Assembly (NCBI GenBank): GCA_964035545.1
Contig: OZ037765.1
Location: forward strand, 24,241,504-24,305,503
DNA length: 64,000 bases
DNA from: Bugula neritina
Lineage: Eukaryota; Animalia; Bryozoa
Direction of reading: 5' to 3'
The notes under the pieces are model-generated. The model was given only the letters and a program-made list of their open reading frames with translations. It did not search any database and was not told the DNA's origin. Positions 26,821-41,400 of this stretch are shown here, piece after piece (the first letter of the stretch is position 1; each line of letters opens with the position of its first letter). The translations under genes were made by a program, and so were the position numbers.

Positions 26821-28536
26821 GATAGGCTTGAAAACTTGTTCGTACCTCTTCAATGTGGTTCAGATATCAGCTTCAATTCACAAGAATCATTGCCTACACA
26901 TATAATTTCAAAGGACATTAATAAATTGAATCTACTACATACGTATATTTATATATTTCCTACAAAATATATATTCTGATATTTTAGATATTTCACTTGA
27001 ATTTGCTGAGATTTCAAGTTCTACTTAAGAAGGTTGTTAGCAATTATTTGATTTAATATGTTATTGGCAAAGTTACTAGACTTCTTTAGTTCTTAAAACA
27101 TGATATTTCAAATGAATCTTTATCTATGAACCAATAAATGCACCTAAAATATATTATTTCAATGCAATTCCCCAACTTCTTTGGTACCTTCCATTGATGC
27201 CAGGGGTTTTGATTACCACCGTGACTGTAATGCTAAATATGATTATGGTCATCATTATCAAAATCTTTGATTATTATCATTGTTAAAATTTATGCAACAT
27301 GGTTATTGTAATTGAACATAATTCACTCAACATAGCCTTGACATCATAGTTGTGATTATTACTATCTTATGATTATTGATACTTGTTGATATAAATGAGA
27401 TTTTTAATAAGACATTTTAATTAGACATTTAGTCACCATGACCAGTCACAGCAGCACCAATAGTCACAGTTATTCACACACATACTGCCACTAAGTACGA
27501 CTTACTGTTGTCATAAACAAATATAAAAATATCAGTATCATTATCACCTGATCAGTATGAATATGAAGATTATAATTATTAGGTTGAGTACAAATATATG
27601 CATTTCTACGACTAAATCTAAACAACTGCTTAATTATTGTTGCTATGCCTGCTACAAGGTGTAAGATTTACGATTATACACATATTGGTTATTACTATAT
27701 ATCACAAGTTTTATGGCTCTGAAATACAGATTTTTTGGTATTAGTCTAAACTAGATTTGAGGGTTGTTGGGCTCTAGACCCCAAATGGTCAACATTTAGG
27801 CAAAAAGCAATTGCAATAAGCACTGAAAGTAGCATCACTTGATACTAGCTCTCCACTAGAAGCCACAGAACTCATGCCTTCCTTTATTTTAGTTCTGCTA
27901 ATTTTAAAATCACCCAGCCATGGTGCAGCAGTCCCAGATTCCAAAAGAGTTTCGAAAAATTACCTATTTATCTACCGAGCAAAAAATATTCAACCCATTT
28001 AATTTTATTGCTAACAGGATAAAGAGTTTTCTACTCAACAGAAAAAAAATAATCACAATTGAAGAAACGCAATTTACTGAACCAAGTGTAATATCGACAA
28101 TCATTCAATGATTAGTGCTAATTTGCATCAATGCTGTTCCGCATAATCTGTCTTCTACACTGTCTTCTATACTTGATGCCACTACTCTTAAAGCAAAATA
28201 ACTGGCTGTAATCATGCAGTTTTATCTGAAATTTTGAGAAAAATATTACTTCGGAAGTTAACGAAGCAATAACAGTACTTCAATTTGGTTGCAAGTAGGC
28301 CTACATAATTCAAGATATACACATGAAACCAAGGTTAATTGCATACCCTAACCTATGAGTATTTAAGACATAATGTTATGATTATCAATTATAAATAAAA
28401 CTTTTAGTAAATTATTAATACCAATAATAATAATAATCCCATTAATAATAGTATTATCAAGTGTAATCGTATTATTATTACACTTAGAACTATATTTCAT
28501 ATAACACTTGCTACAAGTACATTTGGCATTGCTATA

Positions 28537-28632
28537 AGAGGTAGGTGCAGTAAATGTAATTGTAAAACTAAATGTACTCGTAGTGGAGAAATTGAAAAAC
28601 TCTGTGTTCTAGATTAGAAATGTAGCAAAAGA
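28537..28632 (+). repeat. Dispersed repeat copy with ~30-bp insertion
   Basis: agaggtaggtgcagta[insert]gtggagaaattgaaaaactctgtgttctagattagaaatgtagcaaaag matches the reverse complement of 44295-44361. Confidence 0.75.
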
Positions 28633-29103
28633 AGTGCCAGTATGAGTATCAATATGCATATGAGTATAATATCATTATTAATAATAACTATAAGTTTACC
28701 TATAATTATCATTAATGATTAAATTTAATATCATCACTTTCACTTTCAGTATCACTATCAGTATGACATTGATGATTGACTATCACTTTGAAATTGAGTA
28801 TCAGTATTTCTATTTGCCAAAAGTAACTTGTAAGTTACAGTAATTTAAATTTAAATCATTAATTCAAATTGAAAATAAATTGCAATTGGGTATTGTTCAT
28901 TAAAGATTCAATCCGAATCTCACTTCAATAATATTTTCATCGACCTTTTATTGACCTTAGTAATTGATATAAACCAATTGAGAGTTGTGGCAGAATTATT
29001 GCAAGAAGAAACAACTTCAAAATTGTGAATAAGTACAGAACAGCGAGTCCAGCTATAACAACAAAGTGCTTTTGAGCGCAAGCGTATAGGCACTTACATG
29101 CTG

Positions 29104-29140
29104 TGCATTATGGGTATCTAGGGGTTTCCTAGTCCGCCAT
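29104..29140. promoter_or_regulatory. Putative bidirectional promoter core (ZNF143/Staf-like and YY1-like motifs)
   Basis: TGCATTATGGGTA (rc TACCCATAATGCA) at 29104-29116 and CCGCCAT at 29134-29140, between the divergent ANKRD49 and EPC genes. Confidence 0.55.
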
Positions 29141-29351
29141 GATAATTTAGAAAATTCAGTAAAATCACAATTTTATATTCAGAATTTCTACCAAATACTT
29201 GCATAAAAGTGGGTTAAAATAAAAGAAATGTGTTAGGGACGATCTCGTCTAAAAATCTAATGATTTGAATATGGTTAAACGATATTAAAGAAAGAGAAAT
29301 TTCTCTTTCTAAAAATCTGCCTTCTTCGCGGAAAAATCCAGGGACTGCAAA

Positions 29352-32300
29352 ATGAGCAAATTGTCATTCCGAGCTAGGCAGCTCGATGCCTACAAGGCTA
29401 TGCCTGTATACAGGACAGAAGAGATTCCAGAAGTAGCAGATGTGTCTGTAATAAATCGTGCAGTACCGCAAATGCCTACTGGCATGGAGAAAGAGGAAGA
29501 AACGGTAGGTTTAATTTTGCAAAAAATTGCAAACTTTTTCATGGTCGCCATTTTGAAGTTTATGGCGCGTTTTTATGTCTTCTTTCAAGATGATATTTAT
29601 AACTTTAGTCATCATATTCAGCGATTGGTTTTGTAGCTAGGTATAAAATATTACTATTTTTATCGATATATTGAATATTTGTGTGGTATTGTTGATGTAT
29701 TATATAGTTTGAGAAAGTTGAAAATGGTCTATATTCTCCCAATAGTCATCATTTTGTGGTCACGTGAGTGATTTATGAATGGCGTTACGTCATCAGCGAC
29801 TCAAGTTATTTACTACGCATATCGGCACTACTAGTATTTACTACAACTTACTACTACATTCTCTATGTAGCTGCCCGTAGTAAATTATCAGATAATAATA
29901 ATATTATTAGTCGTAGTAAGTATGGCTATTAGGATTACTAACTGATGATAATACTAATAGTTAGCAAATTTAATGGTAGCTTAATGTATACATTTCATAC
30001 CTATATATTATTATTAATATAAATATAATTATATTAGGCCATTCAATATGGGCTATAAATGGTCAATATTATTTATATGTAGTTAAGATTTTATGAAAAT
30101 AATTTCAATGTAAGATTTCAACAGTTGTCATGCATATTAAGTTGAAACCAAACTCATTAATATTTTCTATTTTGATGATTACCTACAGGAACACCATCTT
30201 CAAAGAGCATTGTCTGCCCAGCAAGTTTATGGAACATCTGGTGCTCTAGTTATTCCAGTACCAGAAATTGATGATGTAAAGAAGCAATATGAACAAATCT
30301 ACAAAACAGATTACAAGACTCCAAAGCAGTACATACATGCACAATCGTTGGGTGTTGATCAGGTTTGTTTGTCTGTTCTATTTCATCACACCACTATTGC
30401 CAATTTTTATTGTTAATCAATATAAGATTCTTGTATATGCATTATGCATATTAAAACACTTGTAGATTTGCAGGCAGTGTGTATAGTAGGTGTGCCCTCA
30501 AACTCTTTTGGAATTTGTTGAATCAGATAATAGACGTTGTTTTAATTTGTAGGAGTGACTCTTGTGAAAAGAATCATTTTTAATAATTCAGCCAGCAAGA
30601 AGTTGTTGTATATTATAATTCTTAAGGAGTATGCTTTTAATTAAACAAAAATATGTCAATTTTTTGTTCCAGTAAACCGTAAATCTATGTTTTTAGGAGA
30701 TACCGGACTATGATATTGACTCTGAAGATGAAGCTTGGCTGGAAAATCAAAGTACCAAAATGGAAATTACCCCACAGGTTTTTGAGCAAATGATAGATCG
30801 ACTGGAGAAAGGAAGTGGCCAACAGGTGTGTGATGGAATAGGTTGCTAATTTTGACATATTGTTCAGTGTATTTTTTGAATGAGTAATAACTAGTGTAAG
30901 CCTGCAGTTTGATGTCAATTATGAACTTATGCATATAATGTATGTTGTTAAAATTTTGATAAATTCACAACTTTTTGATTAATGAGGTAAAGGTTATTGC
31001 ATATTATACCAATATGCAGCATTCTTAGTATGCAAACTTATAAGTAGTTGTGATATTTTCTATGCTGGGTGGAATCTTTTATTGCTACTAGTAGTGGTAA
31101 AACTGGTTATTTTGTTTTAGGTTCTAGAGTTGAAGGATGCGAAAGTATTATTAAAAGAAGACGATGACCTAATTATTACTGTATATGATTACTGGCTGAA
31201 TAAACGACTGAAATGCACTGTAAGAGAGTTCATGGTGATCTGTGTATATATTTTTTAATTTTCCAAGTAGTGTATCAATATGTTACACAAACTAGCGAAA
31301 GCTATGCATGCACTTTCTAATTAAAATGTGGCTCACATTTTGACTTGCTAACATCTTTTGCTAAAATATTGTTTTGGTGTGATTCGATATTTTTACTTTT
31401 TGTATAAATTCACTATTAATTATTGTGGTAAAAATTCACTTTGCTGCGTCATGTAAATGTTTAACTTGTGAAACTTGACAATTTATATTTTTTGTTAATT
31501 TAACAGCCTCATACTTTAATTCCAACTGTGAAGTCAGAAAAGCGTGATGGTTCTACTACTAACAATCCTTATGTAGCATTTAGACGGCGTACAGAAAAGA
31601 TGCAAACTCGAAAGGTATGTTGTTACATTGTGTAAAATGTGCTTTTATAATTTTACTGTATGTTTTAATTTATTTAGTGCTGCTATCTTGGGCATAAATT
31701 ACCAAGTTGACTGTAAACTTAATATATTTTAGAATCGGAAAAACGATGAGGTTTCTTACGAGAAGATGCTGAAATTGCGTCGTGACCTTCAGCGGGCTGT
31801 GTAAGTGTGTTTTACCTTTTGTATTGTTGTGAAATAATGATTGATCATTCGGTGTATAATAAGCAATGTTGTATTTTATTCAGAACTGTATTGGAGATGA
31901 TAAAGAAGAGGGAGAAGTGTAAGAAGGAGTTGCTGAACCTGACTATTGAAATACTGGATAAGAGATATGACATGGAGGATTATACTGGGGCACATTTGGC
32001 TCATGCCGAGTCCCAGAAAGCTCCCAGATCAGCGTTTTATCCAATCTATCAAGAACAAGTCAGCAAAGTATGTTGGCTGTAACTTTCTATCATATTTTAT
32101 TATAGTGTCTATAATATCTAGAGTTATCTGTGCAACTTGGTCAGCCATATTAGTGGTCTTATTGAGACTGAGTTATTAACATTGCGCTTTTAGGACTCCA
32201 GTGAGACGGCAACCAACAGGAAACATAAAAGAAAATATGAAAAGAAGAAACATAAGTTGGCGAATGCTCAGTTTCAAGGGGAAGTGGATGTTATGGAATA

Positions 32301-34913
32301 TGGCAATGTCGAAGATGACCCTCTATCACCGGTTGGTTTTGTTGCACCGCTTTTAAATGGATAATTTGCTGCATGGGATTTATTTTTTTTTGTACAATTT
32401 TTGTTTTTCAACGGATTAGTTTTTGATGATTAAAAGCAGATAACTCCCAAATATTTTGCATGTGATTCATTAAATGAGTGGCCTTTACAGCATTTTTTAT
32501 AAGTCATCATTTTCTATATAATGTAGGGTGCAGCCCATTCTGATCAGGACGATGATGCTCATCCTGATGGAGTATATGCTTTCCGTCGTAAGAAGTTCTG
32601 CAATTATCACGCTGTGAGTTTATTGTTTATCTAAAATGCTTTTTGCAAACCACCGCTTCTCAATGCAGTTGATCAACATGTGTGTTTTCCATTTTACTTG
32701 CAGCCTTTAGATACGTGTGGCAACTGGCCCTGGCATAGCCAACACAATGGTGGACACGCAGATAAAAAATATAGGTACACATTGACTGCTATAGACACTG
32801 GGCCAGAGACTAAAACCCACATAGGTTTTGCTAGAAGGCGGGTCGGGCGAGGCGGAAGAGCTATATTTGACCGTGCATATTCTGAAAAACCTGCTCGTTT
32901 TTGGGATAATCTGTTGGATGCATCAATACCTGATAATAAGGTATCGACTGAGACAGTAAAACAGCGATTGCAGGAGAATTCAGAAGATATGAATTTGCTA
33001 GCAAATAGTGAGAAAATGTCCTTTGAACATGCTACATTCCAAGATTTCATATCAGAAAATAAATGGTAAGATAATGAAAGTTGCTAGTGCAGTATTTTGA
33101 AACAGCATAGTTATAACATATGCTAATATTGTTAGTGTTGTGCTTGTGCAGTGAACATTAAACAAATAGATGGGTGTAATTGAGAATTTAAACCTAGTAA
33201 CCTAATTTGGGAGTAATTTCTATGTAGTAGCTGCAATGCTGTGTTATTTACATTTCAGGTTGAATTTCTTTTCTACACCCGAGTACGATAGTGCAAACTC
33301 ATTATTTAGAGAAGCTTTATTGGATACTTCGCCTGATGACCTTATCAATACATTAGATCCTATAATAGATATAATTCCAGAACCAACCTTACCTCCTATT
33401 CCACCACCATCAACTGAATTAACTTCTACCACTCCAATAGTGGAGACTATAGCTTCGTCATTAACTGAACACTCTAATCAAGTCATAGTCGCACCAAATA
33501 TATCTAAATCAGTATTGACTACTCACAATAATAAATCTAACAGCGAAATGCACACCATATCTACAACTTCATCGGGCAGCCTGTTGGAAAGTGAGGGTGA
33601 TACACACCGAAGACAGTTGCAAGCCCTTAAGGTGGGTTGAATGAGATGTGAACATTTGTAGCCAACTATTGGGAAAGATTCCTAACAGACAGTATTCTAT
33701 TGCTGGTGTGTTCGCCTTTGAGTAGTGCAAAATTGAAAGTAGATGCTTTCATGTCCCTAAGTCTGTGATGCCTGTGATCTCCCAGGCTATCTAAACATGG
33801 CATCTAAACTGTTTCTTTTCAGAAAGATCAACACAGTTCTTTACCACCTGTGAACAGTTCTTTAACTACTCACACAGTAAAGAGAACTACTCTAAGTGGT
33901 AGTACCATAGTGACTAGCGCTAGTCCACTATCTTCCATAGAAAAAATAACTACTGCAACGAATAGTGTATCCAGCTCTGCTAACCCCATGGTGGAGCCTT
34001 CTAAAGCCTCCTATGCAGTGTCTGCTCTTATTAATGGTCAGACAGCTGTGCGAGGAAATGGAATCAAACAGCTAAATGGACCTTCTATAAAAGGTAATGA
34101 GCTGTTGCAGGTATTAGAAATTTTCTGCCCTTTAAATTTTAATTTTAGTCTACCCAACACTATGTTAATGGGAATCGGCAAGCTTCAAACTTTCTAGTGG
34201 CAAATGTGCAAATAGTTAGAAACCTTAGAATTCAAGATATGATGTTCTTTATTAGTGGGTAAAGTGCATAATTTGTAAAGTAACATTCATTCAGTTCTTA
34301 ATTCTTCTCTGTCTATTATATATGTCACCATGCTCACCTTTTCACCAATAATTTTCATTTCTTTTGTGCTAGTAAAAAGTCTCTACTTAGTCCACACACT
34401 AACTGCAGTTGCTGTACCTAGCATTGCATATAGACCACAATTCACTTGATTGGCTCCCATAGTAGTTTCTTCACTATCTATACTTCTGCTGTGCGTTCTA
34501 TGAGAGTTCACTTGTTGCAAATTTGTGGAAAGTAAAACAAATTAATTCTGTAGGAGAGCTGAAACATCCTACTGATGTGAATTCTACGAACATCAATATC
34601 AGCAGCCTAAAGAAATTGCACTATCCTCTAACACCATCTAGTGACACTAGTGACATAACTTCATCTGCAGATCTTATACACATAACATCTCTGCCAGGAG
34701 AGAGTGGGGATACTGCAACTTCAAGACAAATTATAGTGTAGGCATTAATATAACAGTGCGACAATTCCATTATTTCTTTGCTTAATCAAATTTTTTTCTC
34801 TTTCCAACATATTGCAAAAGTTTATCAATTGTTATAGATCGAATAAAGAATACACAGACTCAGCTGGATTGAATTCCATACCTGACGTTGCATCTACAAT
34901 GGAAGTGTCATGA
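29352..34913 (+). CDS. EPC1: Enhancer of Polycomb homolog (NuA4/TIP60 subunit)
   Basis: About 14 exons. MSKLSFRARQLD..., INRAVPQMPTGMEKEEE|EHHLQRA, PDYDIDSEDE.WL, YDYWLNKR, NPYVAFRRRTEKMQTRKNRKNDE.SYEKMLKLRR, DGVYAFRRKK, GFARRRVGRGGR. C-terminus LNSIPDVASTMEVS* resembles the vertebrate EPC 'MEVT' end. The penultimate donor is ambiguous. Confidence 0.96.
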
Positions 34914-35423
34914 TCGTGTTTTGCATCGTGCAAAAATGGTTGATTATTATTAAATTATTTCAGATGTGCAATACCTTGAAGGCTTTTTATGCCCAACTTT
35001 CAAATTGGAATCACTTAAATTCACTAAGTGTTATTGTAGGTGAATTGAAAAAATATCCTGTGCCAATTGTATAAATTTGTATAAATTGTATATATGACTG
35101 AGACTAGTGTTTGATGATTTTTTGTAGGAATTTCTGTAATAAAACTGATCCTAAGGACAATCAAAACTGTTTAGTATTATGAATTGGAACAATAAAAAGT
35201 TACAACATATAATCTTGATAAGTCTCTAAAATTTAACTAATTTGTGCGTGTGATATCAAGGAATGCCTGTGAAAGGACATCTTACATACATTAGTAAAAA
35301 ACACATTATTTATTATAAAATAATTCTGAATAAATGAATAAAAAATATCTGTGGTATTAGTGAAGCAGTCCATCTAGTCAGATTTATGATTGGATTGCCA
35401 ATAGAAAAGCACAATTCCATATA

Positions 35424-38400
35424 TCACAGCTTTGCTTTCAGTGCTTCCCTCATAGGCTTGATATATTTGTGGAATGAAGGGTGTACCTATAACAAGATTA
35501 CTTGTAGTGGTTATTTGAATAACTAATGAAATTTGCCCAATTTGACAGAACTTAAGATTATGCCTAATCTTTAAGTTAAACTTATGTCTTGGTTTGAAGG
35601 CAAGTTGACCATGCTAATTTGGAATTGTGTGCTTAAACATGGCACCTTCAAAATTGCAAATGGTACATCTTCATGAATAACTACTCCTTTTAAAACTATG
35701 CACTAAAATAGTTTGAATTGAAACTTTTCATTTTTTATGTCAGTTGACTGTCAAGAATTTATACTACATCTAGTTACTACTACTGAGTATAAACCCGTAA
35801 TTATACTGTAACATTAACTATACCTGGTGTTGATTGAGTGTAGAGTCCTTTGCATACTCATACAGAGCTTCATACACATTCCCATCATATCTTCCCAGAC
35901 AACTATTTAGCAGACGATCTGGATAATCAAATGCATCAACCAGTGCTACAGCATTTGGTCTTAACTCTTTCAACAGCTCCATACGCCTCGCAATCAGAAT
36001 GTCCACTTGCTGTGAGGATATTATACTAGTCTGCAAAAATTGGAAAATAAAATGATTATACTAGTGAAGCTAAATAAGTCAATTTGGCTAGCAACACATT
36101 ACATAAACTTTCTTTCATTCTGATAAATTTTTAAACATGTTGAAAAACACTTGATCAAAATTTGAGAAATCTATGCCTGGCTAAACAAATAATTTCTTAT
36201 TTTAAACAAGTAGATGGAATGAACTCACTAATGAAAATAAGGTACTGCAATTGACAGAGAGTATAAACAACTTGGTGTGCCTGAAAATTGGTTTAAATTT
36301 ATAGCAAATTATTACAAGTTTACTGCAGAATTTAGTCATAAATCTAAAAATTGCAGACAGCATAACTTGACCATATTGTAGTGTACTGGTGAAATATTTT
36401 AAAGCCTATACGAGTATATACATGTTCAGCAAAGGTAAAGAAAACCATGAATTTTGTAACTCCTTGCCGAGAAGTGAATATGGAAAGCACTTATGTAAGA
36501 AGCAAAAAGTGATATACGAATATAATAATACTGGAGAGCGAAACAAAATTGCTATAGTTAGATTAAACTTCCCCTGAAAATATTTTTTGCTTTGTAAGTC
36601 CACAGTATAAATATAAACTTGAATTGTACATTGAATAAACTAGAAGCATTATTTGCGAAACACATTGCTTTTTAGCAAGCCAAGAATACAGATGTTGCTC
36701 ATCATTGTTATCAAAACCCTAAAAAAGATCTCTACTTACAATGTGATAGTTTTGCAACTGTTTTCCATAAAAAGAGTTAAGACAACTCCATTCGATTTCA
36801 TCAATTCTATGTTGAATTACCTTTAGGTTTAAAGTTAAATAATCAACATAAGTCAAAATGCTTTTAGTTCAGATTTTCATATAGCATGCGAGAGGCTGTA
36901 ATTGAAAATATTTTTACTTTCAAGATCCAATCAAGAATGACATAGGTAAAGTCTAAAGGTATAACAAAATAATATCCTAAGAACAAGCACGACTTACTTT
37001 CAAAAAAGAGCCGGAACTTTCCAGCACATTGTTGACTAGGTAGAACTCGCAGACCTGTGTCATGGCTGCCTTGGCTTTAGCCTCCCAATCACTTCTTTTT
37101 AGGATATCAACAAATATAGCGGATGTAAGAAACATTGCATATGCCTACAACAGCACACAATAATTAGCAAACTGTATTTCACAAGACATCAATAGAAAAA
37201 TTCAACCTGTTCAATAAGAGGAAATAAATAACATTCAAAATAGTTGTGCCCTGACCTTAGCTGCATCTACGAGCCCCTGAGAGTGCATATTCCAGGCCTG
37301 CTCTTCATTCATAGACTCAGAAAAAATACATTCTTGCATTTTACCTGTCACATCTGTTATTAGCCTATAAAGTGAGGAGGATTCGACTTGAATAAAACAT
37401 GCTTGTGGAAAGCTTGATTACATGTACATACTAATACTTAATATCTAAATATATTTTAAATCTTTATTCAAATTTATATAAATGTACTGTATTCAAATAT
37501 TTAAACTTATATATTTTTTATTTAAATTCCATCTATTTATTCAAGCATATTAAAGTTCAACATACATTGATTCAGATCTTAAAATAAAGAGTCTAACTTG
37601 GCACTTACAGCAAAGAGTTGAGTTTGAACGCTAAAGTATACAAATCAAAGTTAAAGGTTTGAGCAGATTTTAGCATAGGAGGGACATCTAGTGGATCACT
37701 GAGGAATCTCATCATCACCGGCAACTTCTCACCAGCCTGACCCTTCATCAGAAACTTGAGTAGAGATCTGCAAACAGAAATAAGTCAACACAATACTACT
37801 TTCACAGAATTGTGCTAATAAAGACTTCTTCAGTAAGCTTTATTGTAAGCTAACTTTTAGTATAAATATATTAATGCTATTTATAAATATAACGTAACCT
37901 TAACATTATTATCACTGGTTGGTGTGTGCTAATACAAAAGGATAACAAAAATCTTACTCTACTGAACACCAGCGTTATAATGTTTCCAGAGAGCAGACAA
38001 CACAGTTGGTATTTCACTAACAACAAAATTTACAAGCTATTAAGTAGGAACCAATCGAATGGATATTTATATATCTAAAAATAAGATTCATTTAAATGCT
38101 GGAAAGTCAAGAAATATTATAGATTGTAGATGAATAAATTACTATAGAACTATGCATGCTAAAGCATTTTGTAAAGTTATGTCCTAGATATTCACCTGGC
38201 ACACTGCAAGTACATCACAGTATTGTCTCCTTCATAGGTGCAACCGGGAACGCACCGCAAATATATCTTGGGTATGCCACTCGCATGACTATAGCCGTGA
38301 CCTCCGCATGACCTTCTACACACTTCTATGTTGGCACAAGCTACATCTGAAGCGTAGGCTTTCAGACTTGAAGTTAGACAGTGAATCTAAGCATGTAAAA

Positions 38401-41400
38401 CAGACAGAAAAGTAAGACAACTCTTCATTCAGCCAGTGAGACAATACAGAGCCGTGTGGAAAACTATCAGCTCACCTCAGCTAGTCTAGAAGTGTCTCCA
38501 GCCTCAACTGATGAGAGAATCTCCTGATATATATCTCTGAGAGTAAAACCAGTAAAGAAAATAGCATATGCAGAGCTGATAGCTGGAAATACCTTCATCT
38601 GTTGCGTCTGATAGTCCAGCACCTGTGGCTCCACACTGCATCATAGTAGAATTAGTTAAATACTATTATTCTACACTGCTACTTCCACAGACACATCTAT
38701 GACTACTATTAGCAGGTGAATTGTGAAAGTATTGTAGTGGGATTAGCAATAGAACTACTGATACTGCTTAAGCTGCTCTTATTATTACTACCTTTTTTTA
38801 CATTTGAAAATAATGATTTATTTTGTAAAGTACATCGAAAGTATGTAAGTACGACAGGTGCAGAACATAACTTTAACCAATGTATGGCCAGTCTAAAAGA
38901 TTAAATCATCAACAGTCTTAAACATAATAACATGGGTTTTTGTTTACTGAGGTCATAGGAATGTAGCAACCAACCCTTGAGAGTTGGCAGTTTGTCTCCT
39001 GACAGCGCTGTATCTCGTAGCTATGGTAGCAGCCTGTGCCAGGTCATCTCCTGATCCAAGGACTATAAGCATCCTGAGTAGAACCATAGACAGGTAGGCT
39101 ATCTGTGGAATTTTATCTCTATGATATTCACCATCAGCTGAAACCTGCAATATGAGTTATGTAAAATGTGTATTATAATATATGGTGGTCATCACAACTC
39201 TTATTAGCAGTGAAAACAAAACATAATGACTAATATTTAAAACCCACATTGCACAAACTGAAAATTTTGAATACTGATGTTGATCATTAATTCTAGTAAC
39301 AGCTGTATGAGCAGCTTCATACTACTGAGAGGACAACTCTACCACAAAAGTTTTTGAATTAGAAGTGAGGGTTCAGTATGCAAGTATCAATATAATTGCC
39401 ATAAATGATTTAGGTGTTACAATAACTGACGCTGATTTGTTGAGCAAGTGATTGATTTCGAATGTTGGCAGTAAAATAAAAACAGGTATAGATTAATGAG
39501 TGTCCATAGTCAAATAATACACGAAAGATCTAATAATAACATATTGCTAGTAAACAAGATTCCCTGCTATTTATGAAAAAGCAACATTTGGCATACAATG
39601 AACAGTTTCACTTTTCCTCAAAAGGCAACAGTTAACTAACAACATATTTTATAGGAAACGGATGAAAACTGTGAAGTTAATAATGCTTATAAACGTGATA
39701 AACAAATACACCATGACTATATATGAACTCTAAAGAGAATCAATTATGTGATATTGCATACATTGCAATAAAATGTAGACATACCTTCGCATACTTCATG
39801 AGCATATTTGTCCTTGGTATTCGGTAATTACTAAATCTCAAAAAGCCATTGTCTGAGCTGTCGTATCCAAATTTTCTGTTTATATCTCCCAGTTCCACAC
39901 CTTAAATGCAAATTAACAAAAGGAACTATCAAAAATCAAAATGTTTAATAAGTTTTAGTCAACGTTATTCGACAAGATATTTCATAAAACAACTAGGCAA
40001 AAATAAATCAAAGCTGAGGGCAAGAGTTTAGATAGGAGCATATTTTTAGCTTACCAGGCATGGGCTTGTGATCGGACAAATCCCTGAGCTGGCAGAGAAA
40101 TGCATGCATGCCGTACTTCTTACCATTTATAATAAGTTGGGCCATCACAACAGCATAATTAGACGTTTTACCCACTAAAACATGAAAAATAAATAATGCA
40201 TAAATGATAACCAACTTAAAAAATTTTCAATAGTAAAATGGCAGCGCAAAATTGGTTTAAAAGGCAGTTTATTTAGTCAAATACTTACAGCCTCCAGGCC
40301 AGTATTTGATAGAAGTAATGCTTGGGCTGTGCATTATAAACTGTTCCCTAGCTCGATCATATGTTGCAGTAGTTTCTAACCCTCTCAGAAATGTTCCTAG
40401 CAAATACAGACGTCATCAGTTGAAACATTAATTTGCATAACAGAAAATATAAAGTTAATAATAAGTCAACAAGGTTCAGCTTCAGAACTCAGAGAAATGA
40501 CACAAAAATCAAAAATAATTAATAAATTTGAAACCATCGTACGATTTCTTACATTTTCAATCAAACAAGCAAAATAATAATATAAATGTACATGATTTTG
40601 GCATGTTATAATTACCATGTCCCAGCTCTGTTTGAGCATAAGTTCCAATAATTTCATAAGCTTGAGCTTGAGGAAGAAACTTAGCTATTTGCTCATCTGT
40701 ACCTTGGCTGAGAATTGTGGGTATAAACATTGAATGGTGCAGAGTAAAGGGGTTTGTTGTGCTGACAAGAGCGGCTCTACAAACAAGTTAGCAGACTATG
40801 TTACAGCTAGCTTGAAAGATTGAGAGAAAAATTGAGAGTAAACACACTATTTTTACAAGTGGTTGACTCATTTGTTTAGTAAGTTATAATCAAACAATAT
40901 AAGCAATAAACAACACTTTTATTATGGCATTAAAAAATTGTATGCAAGAACATAAAATCAATACAGAATACAAGTGAGACTTATACTAATATTATTAAGA
41001 TCTGATTGACCAAGTTATTATACACTACATCTATAAAAAATGACAAACATAGAATAGTGCCCATTAAATAAAGTCTCTTAAAATGCATATCTATATAAGC
41101 TTACTGAGTGAAGAAAGTCATAGCATTGTTTTCACTTTTGTCATAGCCATATTCTTTAGCTTTCTGTGCCAATATAGTGTAAAGTTTTACTGACTGGTCA
41201 TACACTTCATCTCTAGGCATTGTAGAAAACTTCTCAGCAACTTTAAATTCAGGATCTGCATTTGCTTTCTCATCTACATATGCATACAATTTTTTAAAAT
41301 CATGCGCCAATGTGGTGTTTACTAAGAGTTTTGGAAAATGGTATCACAATTAGTTAACTTACCAGAATTGGTTTAAATCTAAAAGAAAATCTGCAAAACA

